In this document: positions 59,695 through 64,000 of the stretch, in pieces
Numbering within the stretch: position 1 is the first letter of the stretch
Layout: each line of letters begins with the position of its first letter
Source of the DNA: Tubulanus polymorphus
Taxonomy: Eukaryota; Animalia; Nemertea
Length of the DNA: 64,000 nt
NCBI RefSeq assembly: GCF_964204645.1
Contig: NC_134030.1
Coordinates: 6,304,778-6,368,777 of the forward strand
Reading direction: 5' to 3'
The notes under the pieces: model-generated
Seen by the model: only the letters and a program-made list of their open reading frames with translations
Database searches by the model: none
What the model was told of the DNA's origin: nothing
Made by a program: the position numbers and the translations under genes

Positions 59695-62435
59695 TGCTTA
59701 TCAATTGTGAATTAGAGCGACACGCAGGGCAATTTCCTCGTTTAAGATTTGTTCTTATCACTGCGTAAATCTTGGCAGCCTAATGCCTTCCGCTGTCGTG
59801 TAGAATGCGCTTCAGTTAAACGGAAGATAGGATGCTACGACGCGGTGGTTTGCCCGAGCGGAAAATGCTCAGTGTGGAAAAAATATTCAGTATTTTCCCA
59901 TCGTATCAATAAATTCGAAACTCAATCAATTCGACCGAGCTCTTTCTAAAAAAAAGATCAGTCCTCTATCTAAATCTCTCGATCTATTTGGTATTTTTTT
60001 CTACCTTATTTGCAGCGGTGAATAGAGGTTTTGTTTTGGTCGAATCAACATCGTGTTCGTTCGGTAAAATTCTGAGATCGTTTGATGTATAATTGATATT
60101 GGACGCAAATGCAGGTGGTAGCTACGGAAAATTAATAAAAAAGATCTCCGTTCGATTCGACGAACCAGCCGAGAGCTATCTACAGCGGACCGACGTCGCC
60201 AGGAATCCGTTTATTTTGTCGAATGAAGGCTTAGATTAATCATTGCCAGGGCGACGGGATTATTTTACCGGTGCAACGGCGAAAACGGCCGTCTTTTCTT
60301 CGTCTGTTCTGTCCAAAGTTTTCTACCTTCTGTCAGCGACAGAAATTCGAACGGAAATTAATGGCGTTTTCCATTCAGTCGAGAGTAATTGGTTTGAAAT
60401 CCGTGTTTTATCATTTACGCGCACCATGGTTTCACTGGCGGGGTTTGAAAGCGCGATTTTCCCGTCTTTTGTGGAGGTTATCACCGAACGGGCAAATTAC
60501 CGAGAAACCAGCACGATGCAAATACATTCCCGCACGTATATATACTATCAGCCATACGCGCAAAATAGCTGATGATAGTCTATCTGTAACCGGTATCGAC
60601 GATCCATAGTCGGAGGGGGTGATTTTCAGTCAATTATTCGCATTTAAATGATTGGCAGCAGATGCGCATTTATGATGACAGCAAAGCGATTCTTACGACG
60701 ATTTTTTGATTATTTCGAAGATAATTAGTTTCTCATGACGCGGCCGTCTCACCGGGGAGCAGAAATATCGGCGAAATGCGAAGCCGTAACCGTTTGATGT
60801 TCTATTTTTTTAATGAAATTCAAAATGCGACGGTTCACGCTGCGAGTTGCTGTTGCAGTCAACATCGGCGTAACACGGATCGACGTAACGATTTGACGAC
60901 CACGAATCGCTTGGATAACCAGAGTCCATTCAAGCGCGTCCAGTCAGCGTTGCGATAAACTTCATTCCTCTCCCAATCGATATGTCTGCGCGGAGCAAAT
61001 CTGAAATGAAAAGCATGAATACGTTTATCGCACGGTGGGATATAGAAAAATCAATTTGCAAAAGCCAATATATCAATAGTGAAGCGGTCTGATGATGACC
61101 GCTTGTATCCTGTAAAAATTAGGTAGATCAGCGGCAATCGATTAAAGCTAGCCATCTTAACCCCTTATCCCAAAATATGAAAAATCGAAGAAAAGTTGAA
61201 GCCTTACACGATTAAATTTTCAAAACTAGAGCGTATAAAATGATTTGGATTCATAAATGCTATCGAAACCTTTCAGGGCGGCACCTGGAGCAACCCCATC
61301 TTGGGCATGGACTATTATGAAACGAAATCGTTTTATAGTCGATGCTTTGACTCAATAACCGTTTTTTTACAAAGGTTCAACCGGTAATTCTAATAGCGAT
61401 ATTTCAACATATTCTGTCGATACAAGAAAGCGGAATATGATGTAAGGTATATTCATAGTCCGCGAGCAGTGTATTGATAAAAGATGCACTAAGAATGTGA
61501 CAGTTTACGTTCATATGTTGTACATAATAATAGTACAGTAAGAACGTTCTCGTTGAATATTGCTTGATTTATATAAACTCGACCGGGACAGAATGTCACT
61601 GTCCTCACTTTAATGGAATATGTGACAGAGAGGAAATGGAGATCGCAGATATCGCCTCAAGAACAATACCCTAATCTCCGTATATTGACCTTATACCGAG
61701 TAATCCAACTGTTTTATGCTATAACCCACTGCGTGGTCAGTTTTTATAATTGTCGTAAGGCGGGCGCAATTGATAAAATTTGTTAGGATGATTGACGAAG
61801 CGGGACCGAGGGTTAATCGAGGTCAGCCCGCAAGCGATTCGGTGATGGAGCTATGGCTGTCAAGAACCGACACCGGAAAATTGATCAAGTGCAACCGCAG
61901 TCGCTGGTAGAGGAAATTGTTCGCCATGTGCACGCTAGCTGGCCGGATCTGAGCTGGAAACATCATTCTCTTCTAGGCAAAAAACACATTCTCTACTCAT
62001 ATATACAGATTTCGATCGGGAAGAATGAAAAAAAAAACCATTGCTACGAATAAGAATGTGGCAGTTATCAGGGTTTCGAATCGCTTCACCTGGGGCGCAC
62101 ACATAACTAATGAATAAAATTCTAAATCCTTCTCACGGTTTTATCATCAGTAGATTGCCTGCTACCTTTTTCGGATATCCGTGTTCTCAATGCGCCATCT
62201 GGATAAACTTAATAATCAGTGCATCGCGTGATATTTCTGCGACTTCGTTGACATTTAGCAGGGTTTCTTTTTCGTGGGTGGCAGGTGCCATTAGGAGAGG
62301 TAACGTGAACAATGTGTGCTATTGAGTCCTAACAGATTTGCTTTGTTCTAAAGAAAGACGTTGCTGTTTATTCAGAACGTATGTGAAAAGAATTCAGAGA
62401 AATATGTATCGGCGATTCCATACTTCTTTATCCGT

Positions 62436-62602
62436 ACGCACGTGACGCAGGGAAACATGGAAATAGGAGACAGGAAACATGTTTCAGAGCGGGTGCTGTG
62501 TCGTATGCGTTTACGAGAAACACAGTTTCGGGAAACACTGTTTCCGAGATCAAACATGTTTCATTCCGTATATTTCTGTGTTTCCCGCGTCGACGTGTGC
62601 GT
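62436..62602. repeat. Imperfect foldback / MITE-like element with repeated GAAACA/TGTTTC motifs
   Basis: ACGCACGTGACGCAGGGAAACA at the left end vs TGTTTCCCGCGTCGACGTGTGCGT at the right; internal GAAACATGTTTC palindrome. Confidence 0.4.
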
Positions 62603-64000
62603 TTGATTTTAAGCCCGCGTGCACGCAATAAACCAGCTATAAATCTCATACGATATAAATATCAGTGATTAACGGGTCATAATTGGGATCCAATTTACAA
62701 GATGTGACATCAGTACGAACTTGTGAATCGCAGGGTCATCGACACACGTCGGCAAATCAAGCGCGATGGAATTCACTTGGCACCGAATGAATTATACGAG
62801 ACTGTCGAAGTTGAAATCTATAGTAGCTAAAAGTCGTATTTGATTTGCGAGGTGTCTCGTTGTTAGTACGGTTTCGCGTTAATGAGAATATAGCATCGAG
62901 TATCGACCTGACAACGATATCGTACAACGCAATTAGTACTATACTAGCCGGCTATATATTTCATTCATAGCCATGAATCGACTTATAGACATTTGCTGCG
63001 GATAATTTAAATGCATGCACGAGACCGTTTTATTATAGTCGCCGAGGGAAAATTCTTGATAAAAACCCCGCAAGAATCGATCGATATAGCCCTGTAAGAT
63101 GCTTTATCTTGGTTATTCATTTTTTCACGTATTTCAATGTTATTACGTGTACTTAGAAATAAGAAATGCCACATAGTTAACAGTCTCTATTCCATTTTTA
63201 TATTCTATTTTTCTTTGGAGGGAGGGATCAGGTAATACCGAAAAAGGCAGATCTATTGAATATAACAATGATATTTGTAAAAAGGGCGATTTTCCAAAAT
63301 TTTTGGGGACGATAACCCTCTTCTCCCCTTTAATTAGTTACGGCCATGCATAAGTTCTGTATATGGAGCGGGCAATAGCCTGGCTGCTTGCCTACTTCTT
63401 CGGAAAGCCGTTTTCTTTCTGGTGTTCTCGATTCTGCAGCGATCTATTTACCCAACTGATGAACGTTAGTGTGGTTTAAGTCACGCTCGTGCGACTCGCA
63501 ATGTTTATCGTCTTCACTTATTGGGTTTTTAACGCCTGTAAATGTCCGCCGTTAATGCAATTATCTGATAAATCCTTGATGTTTGTTTACTCGTACGTCA
63601 TGTCGGCGGCGTGCGTCACACTTAGAACGGCGCGAATTTATAAATTTTTCATCCTCGTCTACGAAGAGATATGTTCTTTGAAACCCGAAACCTTTCGGTC
63701 GATTTGCGCGCGGTAAGCCAAACGTCAATGACATATACATTTAGTCATTCGTATTTCGTATTAGTGGAAAATGTCAAACTCAGAAGGATCAACGGGCACA
63801 AATCAATACTAACAGTTTATGGGTTATATATATTTAAATTCATTTTCGCCTACCTAATAATCTTGGGTTCGTTTCTGTTGTTGACGGTTAGTAATTAATG
63901 AATAAACCCAATACATCTTTGTCGGTGTATTAACCGAAGAAATGCAACAATTAGAAGTAAAAAAATCTAAAGATATTTTCTGTGCATCAACCTCGGGGAC

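Noticed and set aside
61082-61104. Hairpin AAGCGGTC-TGATGAT-GACCGCTT resembling a C box or hammerhead core
   Set aside because: No D box or GAAA partner in the right position; an isolated 8-bp stem.

Overview
AT-rich, intron-containing animal genomic DNA, most likely from a compact-genome spiralian invertebrate (inference). Five protein-coding genes alternate in orientation (- + - + -). (1) Mitochondrial-type aldehyde dehydrogenase ALDH2 with a single intron. (2) A 25-exon Neurexin IV/Caspr gene carrying two pairs of duplicated, probably mutually exclusive exons, one in the discoidin domain and one juxtamembrane. (3) Lysosomal MFS transporter SLC49A4/DIRC2. (4) An uncharacterised secreted protein of about 2,150 aa built as signal peptide, 3 PLAT, 15 tandem EGF, then 5x(VWA, half-EGF, EGF), with a recently expanded Lys-rich EGF exon array. 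(5) A D2-like dopamine receptor whose 15.8 kb first intron holds a 2.2 kb internally deleted DNA transposon (33-bp perfect TIRs, 7-bp TSD, two convergent spliced genes, one with a RAG1-N-terminus/ZAD-like zinc motif), Penelope-type minimal hammerhead ribozyme motifs, MITEs and a tRNA-Val pseudogene. Exon boundaries were read by eye from GT/AG sites and reading-frame continuity; no database searches were run.
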